Assembly (NCBI GenBank): GCA_965248195.1
Contig: CBDFIQ010000001.1
Coordinates: forward strand, 128,001-192,000
DNA from: Longimicrobiales bacterium
Lineage (GTDB): Bacteria > Gemmatimonadota > Gemmatimonadetes > Longimicrobiales > Gaopeijiaceae
Length of the DNA stretch: 64,000 nucleotides
Direction of reading: 5' to 3'
The notes under the pieces were generated by a model that was not told the origin of the DNA, searched no databases, and was given only the letters and a program-made list of their open reading frames with translations. Shown here in pieces: positions 1 to 8,952 of the stretch (positions are counted from its first letter, which is position 1; the number at the start of each line of letters is the position of its first letter). The position numbers and the translations under genes were made by a program.

Positions 1-777
1 CGCGGGGTCATGCCAGAGGAAGAACTCGTGCGATGGTCCGCTGAAATCGTACGGCTCGCTCTGTTGGATGGGCAAGCAGGTATCCATGTCGACTTCGTAG
101 GTTTCCAGCGTTCCGACGGTATTCGTGGTAGCGTTACGCACTAGAATCTGACGTTCTTCCCCCGCCGACGTCGTATAGACGAGAGAGCGAAGCTCACGAT
201 CATCGAATCCCTCGTTGCCGATCACCATCGCGGGGATCTCTCCCACCTGGACAGGGGGCATCGTCTCCGGATCCGGCTGGATCCTGAAGATGTTGATCGG
301 GTGTGTCGAGCCCGGTCCGTTGCGATGGCCGACGTATAGGCACTGACCGGCAATACCGAGCCCGCGTGCGTCCCCGGCTCCCTCGAGATCACCACCGCGC
401 CAGGCACCGGTGCCTGGATCGCGCTCCGAGGGGACGGTAAGGACCCAATGGATTCTCTCGAAATTCCGGAAGAGGTGGAGCTCCGTCTCGAGTGCGGCGA
501 ATCCCGCCCGGGCGTCCGCTTCCGACGAGAAAGGATCCAGCCCTCCCTGAGCATCCACACGGACCGAGGGCATCTGTCCGATTGGCGTGTCGAAGGTGCT
601 CGGCTGGCATCCGGCCGGATCACCCGAGTAATCGACGCACTGTCCGCTATCTGACGACCCGGGTCGAATCGCGCTGCGCGACTGGCCGGTTTCACTCGAG
701 CAACTCGCGACAAAGACGGCCAGGAGGCAGCACGTCGTGAGGCGGCGGAAGAAAGGAGTAACTCCTTGGATAGCCAT
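1..777 (-). CDS. Putative lipoprotein, LVIVD-repeat-like beta-propeller (runs off the left edge of the window)
   Basis: Manually translated; absent from the ORF track because it has no stop in the window. MAIQGVTPFFRRLTTCCLLAVFVASC (lipobox-like), GGAGGA RBS upstream, later GDARGLGIAGQCLYVGH and HEFFLWHDP. Frame is open to base 1. Confidence 0.7.
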   Translation of the reverse strand, partial: MAIQGVTPFFRRLTTCCLLAVFVASCSSETGQSRSAIRPGSSDSGQCVDYSGDPAGCQPSTFDTPIGQMPSVRVDAQGGLDPFSSEADARAGFAALETELHLFRNFERIHWVLTVPSERDPGTGAWRGGDLEGAGDARGLGIAGQCLYVGHRNGPGSTHPINIFRIQPDPETMPPVQVGEIPAMVIGNEGFDDRELRSLVYTTSAGEERQILVRNATTNTVGTLETYEVDMDTCLPIQQSEPYDFSGPSHEFFLWHDPA

Positions 778-819
778 CGATCCTCCACGGGTCGGCGGTG
801 GCGACATCACGTGACCAAT

Positions 820-856
820 CAAAAGCCCTTTGACGGCTCGGGGCAAGGTGAGGGGC
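820..856. repeat. Dispersed 37-bp intergenic motif, copy 1
   Basis: CAAAAGCCCTTTGACGGCTCGGGGCAAGGTGAGGGGC; 32/37 identical to the copy at 24128..24164. Confidence 0.8.
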
Positions 857-986
857 TGCGGAAAAAGGAGTGCCCCGCAGCCCCGGTCGCATCACCTCGC
901 ACCCGAGAGTACCTTACGCCGGACACGAAGAAGGTCGGGGGGTCTGCCGGACAGCCCGACCCGCACCGCGAAAGTCGGAGGACAGC

Positions 987-2720
987 TTGAAGATTCGAAC
1001 GGTCATGCTTGAACGCACTGTTTCTTGGGCGATTTCTTGGGCGATGCTCGCCATCTTGGTTGCGGGCACGGCGGCAGTCGCGCAAACAGAGCTACCGGAG
1101 TGGGATCCGATCACGATGGAGCGGCTGCTGAACCCGGAGGACGGCGACTGGCTGAACTACCGGCGCACCTATGACGTGTTCGGCTTCAGCCCCCTGGACC
1201 AGATCAACAGGACGAACGTTCGAGATCTCCGACCTGTCTGGGCCTACTCGATGCGGGATAACAGCCGATGGGTACCGACGCCGATCATCGCGAACGGGCG
1301 CATGTACGTCGCCGAGGGCAGCGGCCGTGTCGTCGCCTTCGACGTAGTCTCCGGCGACGTCGCGTGGATACACGAACGGACCTATCCCGAGGACATTCAG
1401 CTTTCCCAGGCCTACCGCCGGCACCGTGGCGTCTCCGTCTACGACGACAAGATCTACTGGGGGACGGCCGACTCTTACCTGGTCGCGCTGGACGCGCGCA
1501 CGGGGGAACAGATCTGGGAGGCCAGGACTGGTGACTACCATACGGGCATAGGCCACAACCACCCTCCCTTGATCGCCGGTGGCAAGATCATCCTGGGATT
1601 CACCGGGGGTGACCGTGGCGCCCGCGGTGCAATCGCCGCGTACGATCCCCAAAATGGTGACCTGATCTGGAGGACCTATACCGTTCCCGCCCCGGGGGAG
1701 CCCGGTTCGGAGAGCTGGAAGGATAGTGACTACCCACCACTCGGTGGGGCGACGTGGGGCACGATCAGTTACGATCCCGAGTTGGGGTTCGTCTACTTCG
1801 GCACCGGTCAGCCTAGGCCCTGGTCTTCGACGCTTCGCGGTCTTGGCGATGCGTTGTACACGAACTCGGTCATCGCGCTCGACATCGAGAACGGCCAGAT
1901 GGAGTGGTACTTTCAGGTCGTCCCGGAAGACAACTGGGACATGGACTCACCGTACGAAAGCACCTTGCTCGATATGATCATCAACGGTGAGGTCCGTAAG
2001 GTGCTCATCCATACCAGCAAGATTGGTTGGGGCGTCGTGTTGGACCGGGAGACGGGCCAGTTCATTCACTCATTCAGGACCGCCTACGACAACCTTATTA
2101 TGGGTTGGACCGAAGAGGGGCGCCCGATCTTCAACCCGGATCAGATCCCTACAGCGGCGGACGTCGACTCCGACAAGGTCTTCGAGGTGTGCCCGCACTA
2201 TCACGGGGCGAGGAATCTGAATTCGCCGAGCTACAGTCCGCTCACAGGACTGTATTACATGGGCCTCAACAACAGCTGCATGGATGTCAATTTCGTCTCG
2301 GAGGAGCCGGGTGGGAGATACGCTGGTATGAGGTCTCGCGTAAAGATGGTGCCCGGCTACGACTACGTGGGAGAGTTCGTGGCCTTCGATCCGATCACGG
2401 GGGAGCGGGCATGGGAGTACCGACTGCCCGGCGGGGCCGCGATGACGGCCGCGGCGTTGGCGACGGCAGGTGGCATCGTGTTTGGGGGAGCTGCGGATCG
2501 TCGTTTTTTCGCGCTCGACACGGACACGGGGGAGGCCCTTTGGGAGATGCGCTTGAACGGTGACATATCAGGTGCCCCGGTCACCTTCGAGGTCGGGGGA
2601 AGGCAGTACGTCGCCGTCGGCGCGGGAGGTCGTATCGGCCAGACGACTTCCTACGCGCCGTTGACGGGTACGGACGTTCCGCAAGGAAGCGGCGTCATAT
2701 GGGTGTTCGCGCTGCCATAG
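987..2720 (+). CDS. PQQ-dependent dehydrogenase (alcohol dehydrogenase-like beta-propeller), secreted
   Basis: Signal peptide; DWLNYRRTYD..FSPLDQIN; repeated Trp-docking motifs; WDMD motif; C-terminal GRQYVAVGAG. Start is either TTG 987 (GGAGG RBS) or ATG 1005. Confidence 0.9.
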   Translation: MKIRTVMLERTVSWAISWAMLAILVAGTAAVAQTELPEWDPITMERLLNPEDGDWLNYRRTYDVFGFSPLDQINRTNVRDLRPVWAYSMRDNSRWVPTPIIANGRMYVAEGSGRVVAFDVVSGDVAWIHERTYPEDIQLSQAYRRHRGVSVYDDKIYWGTADSYLVALDARTGEQIWEARTGDYHTGIGHNHPPLIAGGKIILGFTGGDRGARGAIAAYDPQNGDLIWRTYTVPAPGEPGSESWKDSDYPPLGGATWGTISYDPELGFVYFGTGQPRPWSSTLRGLGDALYTNSVIALDIENGQMEWYFQVVPEDNWDMDSPYESTLLDMIINGEVRKVLIHTSKIGWGVVLDRETGQFIHSFRTAYDNLIMGWTEEGRPIFNPDQIPTAADVDSDKVFEVCPHYHGARNLNSPSYSPLTGLYYMGLNNSCMDVNFVSEEPGGRYAGMRSRVKMVPGYDYVGEFVAFDPITGERAWEYRLPGGAAMTAAALATAGGIVFGGAADRRFFALDTDTGEALWEMRLNGDISGAPVTFEVGGRQYVAVGAGGRIGQTTSYAPLTGTDVPQGSGVIWVFALP

Positions 2721-2741
2721 ACCGCGCCCCGCGACGTGAGC

Positions 2742-4466
2742 TTATTTCTCGTCCAACGCCTGGAGCGCGATGAGCGAGGCGCTGTGGTTACTTCCGATCC
2801 AGAACGTCACCGGCGTCGTTGAATCGTCCACGAACACACGGCGAATGTTGACGCCCTTTTCGGGTAGCAGATACTCGACAAACTCCCCCGTCCCGGGAAT
2901 GAGCCGCACCACGCGATCGGTGAACATCGACCCGGTCCAAAGGTCGCCGTTCCTGTCCACGACGGTATCGTACGGCTTGGTGCGGGGCGTTGGCGGCTGC
3001 CACTCCTGGAATTCCTCGGTCCGAGGGTCGAACATGCCGATCACGTTACCACCAAATCCAGCGTACCAGACGCGGTCTTGCGAGTCGACCCCGCCCCTGC
3101 GCGGGCGCGACCCGAGCGTCGGTGTCTCATAGAGGGTGATTCCCCCGGTCTTGGCATCGATCCGACCGATGTGCTCGTTCGAGAAATCCATGAACCACAA
3201 GTTGTTCTCTGAGTCCGGCTGAATACCGTACAGGTTGTGCGAGCTACGTGTCGAGTTGAGGAACGGCTCGAAGGACTCGAATTCACCGGTCGCCAGGTCC
3301 AGACGATGAACCCCGGCGATCGACCGGTTTTGTAGCCAGACCTTTCCGTCCACGTGGGAGCTCTCCGGAGCCGCGTGGTTTATTTGAAAAAGGCGGGTGC
3401 CATGCGGCCCCTTGGGCTGCTCCAGCTCATCGGGAACCTTCCACACCCGGAACTCCTCGGTCTGCCGGTCAAATTTGAAGATGGACCCCTGGAACATGTT
3501 GCCTCCCCAGGGATTGCCGTCTCGGTCCAACTTCAAGGCCAGGATGCCGGTGGGATTTCCAGGCCTCGCCTCGGGAACTTGGTATTCCGTGACCTCACCC
3601 GTCCGTGGGTCGAGCTTGCCCAAGTACTGTTGCCCGAAGTCGACGTACCACACCATGCCGTCCGGATCGACTTCCGCGTCGTGCGGCGCTGTCGATGGGT
3701 TCGGAAGATCATACTCCGTAATGATGACTTGTGTGGCCCGTCCTGTAGGACGGGGGAAGGTCTCGAGGTCGTACTCCCGTTTGCCTGAGCTCAGATTGAT
3801 GCTGGCCAGATAGTCGGCCTGCCGCCGTCGAGCTTCCTGCTGCCGCTCGCTCCGCTCGGCGAACGGTGTCACCTGCTCGGCGGGACGCCTCTGCGGGTTG
3901 CCGGGGAAAGCCGACGTCACATAACCATCCATTCGTTCCAGGACGCCCAGCCAGGCGTCCGCATCGTACTGCGACCGCATGACTCGATCGATGGTATGGC
4001 AGCGCACACAGGACTCGAACATGCGCTTCTGCGCTTCTGTCCCGGGAATGCTCTCGAGCCACTCCGCGTTCGTGAGCTGAGCCTCGAGATCCTGGGTCGG
4101 GCGGAGGGCGAGATCGACTGTGGCCGTCCCCGACACTCCGACTTCCGCGGCCTTCGGGCCCTCAAGATCATAACCCACGGCACGGATGCTGAGTGTATGC
4201 GGCCCTGCTTGCAATCTGCCCTCAGGGAAGTGATACCGGCCCTGGGCATCGCTGATCACGCTGACCGCGATCGTGGAACCCTCCCGCTTTGCGGTGACGA
4301 CCACCCCTTCCATTGAGCCTTCCGCCGCAGAGGTGACCTGTCCGGTCACCGCGACCTCAGCTTGCGGGAGAGGAGCAAGTTCTCTTTGAGAGGCGAGAGC
4401 GATCAGCGCGCCGGCAAGAACCGCCAGGCTCGCAATGACTCCGAAAAACATGCGATTCGTCAGCAT
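2742..4466 (-). CDS. Secreted protein: carboxypeptidase-regulatory-like Ig domain + c-type heme (CVRCH) + Vgb/streptogramin-lyase-like beta-propeller
   Basis: AAGGAGG RBS before ATG 4466; signal anchor; VTGQV..EGVVVTAKR..SDAQGRY; CxxCH; repeated GKLDPRTGEVTEY-type blades. Confidence 0.8.
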   Translation of the reverse strand: MLTNRMFFGVIASLAVLAGALIALASQRELAPLPQAEVAVTGQVTSAAEGSMEGVVVTAKREGSTIAVSVISDAQGRYHFPEGRLQAGPHTLSIRAVGYDLEGPKAAEVGVSGTATVDLALRPTQDLEAQLTNAEWLESIPGTEAQKRMFESCVRCHTIDRVMRSQYDADAWLGVLERMDGYVTSAFPGNPQRRPAEQVTPFAERSERQQEARRRQADYLASINLSSGKREYDLETFPRPTGRATQVIITEYDLPNPSTAPHDAEVDPDGMVWYVDFGQQYLGKLDPRTGEVTEYQVPEARPGNPTGILALKLDRDGNPWGGNMFQGSIFKFDRQTEEFRVWKVPDELEQPKGPHGTRLFQINHAAPESSHVDGKVWLQNRSIAGVHRLDLATGEFESFEPFLNSTRSSHNLYGIQPDSENNLWFMDFSNEHIGRIDAKTGGITLYETPTLGSRPRRGGVDSQDRVWYAGFGGNVIGMFDPRTEEFQEWQPPTPRTKPYDTVVDRNGDLWTGSMFTDRVVRLIPGTGEFVEYLLPEKGVNIRRVFVDDSTTPVTFWIGSNHSASLIALQALDEK

Positions 4467-4537
4467 TGAAGCACCTCCTTGCACCCCCGCATCCAAGCCG
4501 AAACCGTCGGAAAGCTACCGTCGGAATGTGGCACTCG

Positions 4538-4621
4538 CTAGAGGGCCTCCTGCGTTCCCTGGCCCAGGTGCCCGACGTGGAGATCCCTGTTCCCGACCAT
4601 ACGACTCTGTCCCGGCGCCCC
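4538..4621 (+). pseudogene. IS5-family (IS903-like) transposase fragment
   Basis: Translates LEGLLRSLAQVPDVEIPVPDHTTLSRR, matching the IS5/IS903-type motif GxLRSL...VPD[YH][ST]TLSRR. Only ~28 codons remain. Confidence 0.65.
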
Positions 4622-4679
4622 AGTGAAAGTCTGAGACTCTTGCAGCCCCACACGTCTTCGCCGCATGTTCTCCATCAGG

Positions 4680-4790
4680 TCTGATCCTATCTCCCGCCTG
4701 ACCGCCGCCCTTGAGGAGGATTATACGATCGAACATGAGTTGGGTGAGGGAGCGGATGTCTCTCTGGCAGGTGCCGGGCATCTAGATTGA
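4680..4790 (+). pseudogene. Relic of a Ser/Thr protein kinase N-terminus
   Basis: SDPISRLTAALEEDYTIEHELGEGADVSLA resembles the kinase start RLxAALxxRYxIERELGxGGMAxVYLA. AGG stands where ATG is expected; stop at 4788-4790. Confidence 0.6.
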
Positions 4791-7555
4791 AGGCTGTCCC
4801 ATGGCTTCTTGCCTCGTGCGCGATCGCGGGGTCCGTGCTCTTCTGTGCCGCCCAAGTGGTGCTGGCCCAGGCGACCGAGCCGATCGCGGAAGCTACGGGT
4901 GCGTCGAGCGAGACCCCGGCGTCGTATTCTCACGACCCGATGGCCCCCCGGGCACAGGCCATTCGAACGGCCCAAGCGATTGTGGTCGATGGACTGTTGG
5001 ACGAGCTCGTATGGATGACCGCGCCGGCGATCACCGAGTTCCTCCAGACGATTCCCGACGAAGGTCAGTCGGTCAGCGAAGAGACAGAGGTCCGTCTTCT
5101 CTATGACGACGATTATATCTATGTCGGTGCCTGGCTGTGGGACCAAGGAGAGGTGCTCAATCGCATGGATAGGAGGGATTCGGCGGTGCCGGACGCTGAT
5201 TTCTTCGCGGTTGTGTTTGACAGCTACCATGATCACCGTACTGCCTATCGATTCGGTACGTGGCCATCAGGCGTCAAGAAAGATCAAATCATGACCGCGG
5301 GAGGAGGGCTGGGGGGGGACACCTCGTGGGACCCGGTTTGGGACCTCGAAACCACGATCACCGACGAGGGCTGGTTCGTGGAGATGAGGATTCCGTTCAG
5401 CCAGCTTCGATACCGGGCGAACGAAGTTCAGAATTGGGGATTTCAGGTCGAGCGCAAGATCAGGCGCAGGGGCGAAGACGCCGCCTGGGCGTTCACTCCC
5501 CGTAACCAGCCCCGCGGGGTAGCCCGCTATGGCCATCTGGACGGGGTCGAGGGGATTGGGCAAGGAAAGCGTCTGGAGCTTCTTCCTTACGTCACAGGTC
5601 GTGCAGAGTACTTGCGGGTTCCGCGTAGCGAGGCCGCGGGGTTCGACAACCCATTCCGGAGCGGATCGGACTTCTTCGGGAACGCGGGACTGGATCTGAA
5701 ATACCGGCTCGGAACGAACCTCACGCTGGACGCCACGGTCAACCCCGACTTCGGCCAAGTCGAGCTGGACCCGGCAGTGATCAACCTGACGGCGTTCGAG
5801 ACGCGGTTCGAGGAGAAGCGGCCCTTCTTCGTGGAGGGTGCCGAGATCTTCCGCTTCGGAGACCTTGGAGGCCGGCCAGGCGGATCGGAGGTGCAGTTAC
5901 TCTACTCCAGACGCATAGGAAGGACGCCGCAGGGGCTCCTGCCGGGCGGGGCAGCGTATATGGACGTTCCCGGTTCAACGACCATTCTTGGGGCGATGAA
6001 ACTTTCCGGAAAAACGGCGAGCGGCTGGTCGTTGGGATTTCTGGATGCGGTGACCGATCGGGTACGGGCCCCCTGGGTGGATGTGGATGGCGTGAGGGGG
6101 GAGACGGCAGTCGAGGCACGGGCGAACTACATGGCGGCGCGGCTGAGACGCGATATCCGTCAAGGGACGGGCTCGTTCGGGGTGGTGGCGACCGGTGTGA
6201 ATCGGGCTCTCGGCACCGAGGCACTGGAGGCACGGTTGCGGTCGTCGGCGTATTCGATCGGGGTGGACGGCCGGATCGAATGGAACAGCCAGAAATGGAT
6301 GCTCGCCGGGAAGTTATCGGGGAGCACAGTGAACGGGAGCGTCGATGCGATCGCACGTGCGCAAGAGAGTTCGGCACGCTACCTGGACCGGCCGGACGCT
6401 ACCCATCTCCGGTTCGACCCGGCGGCCACATCGCTCACCGGCTTCTACGGGAAGCTCGACTTGGTCAAGCAGGCGGGGAGTTGGCAGGGCAACCTCGGAG
6501 TGACGGGGATCAGTCCGGGCTACGAGGTAAACGACCTGGGGTTTCAGAGCTGGGCCGACCGGATCGAACTGAGGTCGAGTTTCGGGTACGAACAGCCCAC
6601 GGCTGGGCAGCATTTTCGGACGTTGAGCGTCAGCGCGGGCACGACCGGTAGGCTCAACTTCGGCGGTGAGGCGTTGGCGGCCGAGACCAGCCTCTCTCTC
6701 CGGGCACAGCACGTGAGCTTCAACCAATTCAATGCCCGCATCGCGCGTCAGTTCGGAGTCTGGAACGACAGGCTGACCCGCGGTGGCCCGCTGACCCGTC
6801 AGCCCGCCGGTTATTCTGGGAGCGTCGGGTTCAACACCGATCGGCGCAAGGTCTGGCAGCTTCAGGCCGGGTTTTCATTGGGGGAGGACGACGAAGGGGG
6901 ATGGACCCGAGGGGGGAATCTCACCCTGGGGGTCCGATTCTGGGAGAGCTACGAGCTCCAGGTCGGGCCGAATGTGAGCCGTACTCGAACCTCCGCTCAA
7001 TATGTCATGACCGTTTCGGATCCGGCTGCCACTCAAACTTTTGGCCGGCGTTACGTGTTCGCCCCTCTTGACCAAACCACCGTCGGTGTGGAGACGCGAC
7101 TCAACGTTACGTGCACTCCGGACCTTACGTTCGAGCTGTACGCACAACCGTTCGTTTCAAGTGGGAACTACTCCGGACTCATGGAGCTCGCCGCACCGCG
7201 AAGCTTCGATTTCCTTCGCTACGGACAGGACCTCGGCACGGTGACCCGCAGCAGTGACGGCGGGTTCACGGTCGATCCCGATGGCACCGGCTCCAGCATC
7301 TTTCAAGTGAGCGCCCTCGACTTCAACTTCCGGTCACTCCTCGGTAACGCCGTGCTCCGATGGGAGTGGCGCCCTGGGAGCACCCTGTTTCTCGTGTGGC
7401 AGCAGACTCGCTCGCAGCAGCTGGTACGCACGGGCGGGGGTGGGCTGGAGGACGACGTCGGCGAGTTCAGGCTTGGACGGGACACACGTGCCCTGTTCGG
7501 CCTGAAGCCCGACAACGTCTTCATGCTCAAGGTCACCTACTGGTTGAATCCCTGA
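4787..7555 (+). CDS. CBM9-like + DUF5916 domain protein (probable outer-membrane protein), paralog 1
   Basis: Signal peptide; IVVDGLLDE.VW; DSYHDHRTAYRF; DATVNPDFGQVELDP; FEEKRPFFVEG; YSRRIG; C-terminal FMLKVTYWLNP. Confidence 0.88.
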   Translation: MKAVPWLLASCAIAGSVLFCAAQVVLAQATEPIAEATGASSETPASYSHDPMAPRAQAIRTAQAIVVDGLLDELVWMTAPAITEFLQTIPDEGQSVSEETEVRLLYDDDYIYVGAWLWDQGEVLNRMDRRDSAVPDADFFAVVFDSYHDHRTAYRFGTWPSGVKKDQIMTAGGGLGGDTSWDPVWDLETTITDEGWFVEMRIPFSQLRYRANEVQNWGFQVERKIRRRGEDAAWAFTPRNQPRGVARYGHLDGVEGIGQGKRLELLPYVTGRAEYLRVPRSEAAGFDNPFRSGSDFFGNAGLDLKYRLGTNLTLDATVNPDFGQVELDPAVINLTAFETRFEEKRPFFVEGAEIFRFGDLGGRPGGSEVQLLYSRRIGRTPQGLLPGGAAYMDVPGSTTILGAMKLSGKTASGWSLGFLDAVTDRVRAPWVDVDGVRGETAVEARANYMAARLRRDIRQGTGSFGVVATGVNRALGTEALEARLRSSAYSIGVDGRIEWNSQKWMLAGKLSGSTVNGSVDAIARAQESSARYLDRPDATHLRFDPAATSLTGFYGKLDLVKQAGSWQGNLGVTGISPGYEVNDLGFQSWADRIELRSSFGYEQPTAGQHFRTLSVSAGTTGRLNFGGEALAAETSLSLRAQHVSFNQFNARIARQFGVWNDRLTRGGPLTRQPAGYSGSVGFNTDRRKVWQLQAGFSLGEDDEGGWTRGGNLTLGVRFWESYELQVGPNVSRTRTSAQYVMTVSDPAATQTFGRRYVFAPLDQTTVGVETRLNVTCTPDLTFELYAQPFVSSGNYSGLMELAAPRSFDFLRYGQDLGTVTRSSDGGFTVDPDGTGSSIFQVSALDFNFRSLLGNAVLRWEWRPGSTLFLVWQQTRSQQLVRTGGGGLEDDVGEFRLGRDTRALFGLKPDNVFMLKVTYWLNP

Positions 7556-7629
7556 GATTCGAGGCGTCGTGGCGTTACCCCCGTACTTCTCGCTTCTCCC
7601 CGAAGTCGTTGAAGCCGGGGCCCTGTGGC

Positions 7630-8775
7630 TCACATCGCGGACCTGGGCTGCATCCCCGTAAGGGTGAACTTCTGGACCCTCCGGTTCACGGGCTCGAGGG
7701 GTGTGACCTCTGTGACGTAGAGGTTGCCCCTCGAATCCACGTCCATGTGGTGAAGGGTGCCGAAGTCGCCCGGCGCCGATCCCCACCTCCCAAACGAATC
7801 CAGGATCTCCAGCGTTTCACGCTCGAGCACCATGACCCGCGCCTGACTGCGGTTGCCGACGTAGAGGAAGCGCTGCTCAGGGTCCGACGAAAACGCCGTG
7901 CTCGCGGCCGTCGTGCCATTGCCGCATTCCGGCGCCAGGCACTCGCGGCCAATGAACACCTGTGATACGTACTCCCCTTCGAGCGTGAAGACCTGCACGC
8001 GCTTGCCGCCACGGTCGGAGACGTAGACGAGCCCGTCGTCCGATACCTTGGCCGCGTGCACCGGCTGGGAGAAGTGCGGGGGGCCGGGCCCCTCCTGCTC
8101 CCGGGCCCAGGCCGGGTCCGCCTCGACGCCCTCGCTCACCTCGTCGCCGAACGCACCCCACATCCTCTTGAACTCCCCCGTGTCAGCGTCGTAGACGATG
8201 ATGCGCCGGTTGCCGTACCCGTCGGCGATGAAGAGCTCGTTCGTCGTGCGATGGACCCAGACGTCCGCCGGCCGGCCCAGGTTCTGCGTGTCCAGGTTGC
8301 CCTGGCTCTCACCGGGCCGACCGATCTGCATGACGAGCTCCCCGCCCATCGTGAACTTGAGCACCTGGTCCTCCGGACCGTTGCCCCCGACCCAGACATA
8401 GTCGTTGTGGTCCACGAAGATGCCGTGCTCCGACTGGGGCCAGTGGTACTCCGGGTTCGGTCCGCCCCACCCCTGCACGTAGTTGCCTTCAGGGTCGAAC
8501 TCGAGCACCGGCGGCGCGGCCATCGACATCTCGTCGGGCTCCAGCGTACCCGGCCGCTGCAGCACCCATACGTGGTCCCTGCTGTCGACGGCCACGCTGG
8601 CCACCTGGCCCAGGACCCACCCGTCCGGAATCGTCGGCCAGTCCCGGTCGACCTCGAACGTCGGCACCTCGCCACCCGGCGCCACAGTCGCGGTTTCGCC
8701 ACCGTCGCAGCCTAGGAAGATCACTGAGGTGACCGACACCAGAAGAAACATTCCTACCCACACCATCCGCTTCAT
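7630..8775 (-). CDS. NHL-repeat lipoprotein, peptidyl-alpha-hydroxyglycine alpha-amidating lyase (PAL)-like
   Basis: Lipobox FLGC; EHGIFVD, ADGYGNRRI, PVHA, SDR and LHHM motifs typical of NHL_PAL-like propellers. Confidence 0.85.
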   Translation of the reverse strand: MKRMVWVGMFLLVSVTSVIFLGCDGGETATVAPGGEVPTFEVDRDWPTIPDGWVLGQVASVAVDSRDHVWVLQRPGTLEPDEMSMAAPPVLEFDPEGNYVQGWGGPNPEYHWPQSEHGIFVDHNDYVWVGGNGPEDQVLKFTMGGELVMQIGRPGESQGNLDTQNLGRPADVWVHRTTNELFIADGYGNRRIIVYDADTGEFKRMWGAFGDEVSEGVEADPAWAREQEGPGPPHFSQPVHAAKVSDDGLVYVSDRGGKRVQVFTLEGEYVSQVFIGRECLAPECGNGTTAASTAFSSDPEQRFLYVGNRSQARVMVLERETLEILDSFGRWGSAPGDFGTLHHMDVDSRGNLYVTEVTPLEPVNRRVQKFTLTGMQPRSAM

Positions 8776-8952
8776 GACCGATCTCCCAGAAAAGAGGATC
8801 TCAGCGCAATGTAACCGCTAGGCGTCGTCGGTGAATGGCTCCGAGGCTGGCCCTGGCTCGAGTTGACAATAACTTCCGAGCTTCGGAGGTTGCTCAAACG
8901 GGTCAGTCGAAAGTTCGTATGCATCGTTCCCAGCTCTTCTCGAGGAGGAAGC

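Noticed and set aside
987..2720. Naming the PQQ enzymes xoxF, mxaF or exaA
   Set aside because: Vicinal CC is absent and no mxa/xox accessory genes are nearby.
5311..5318. G8 run as a phase-variation site
   Set aside because: Short, in frame, and encodes a Gly-rich loop.
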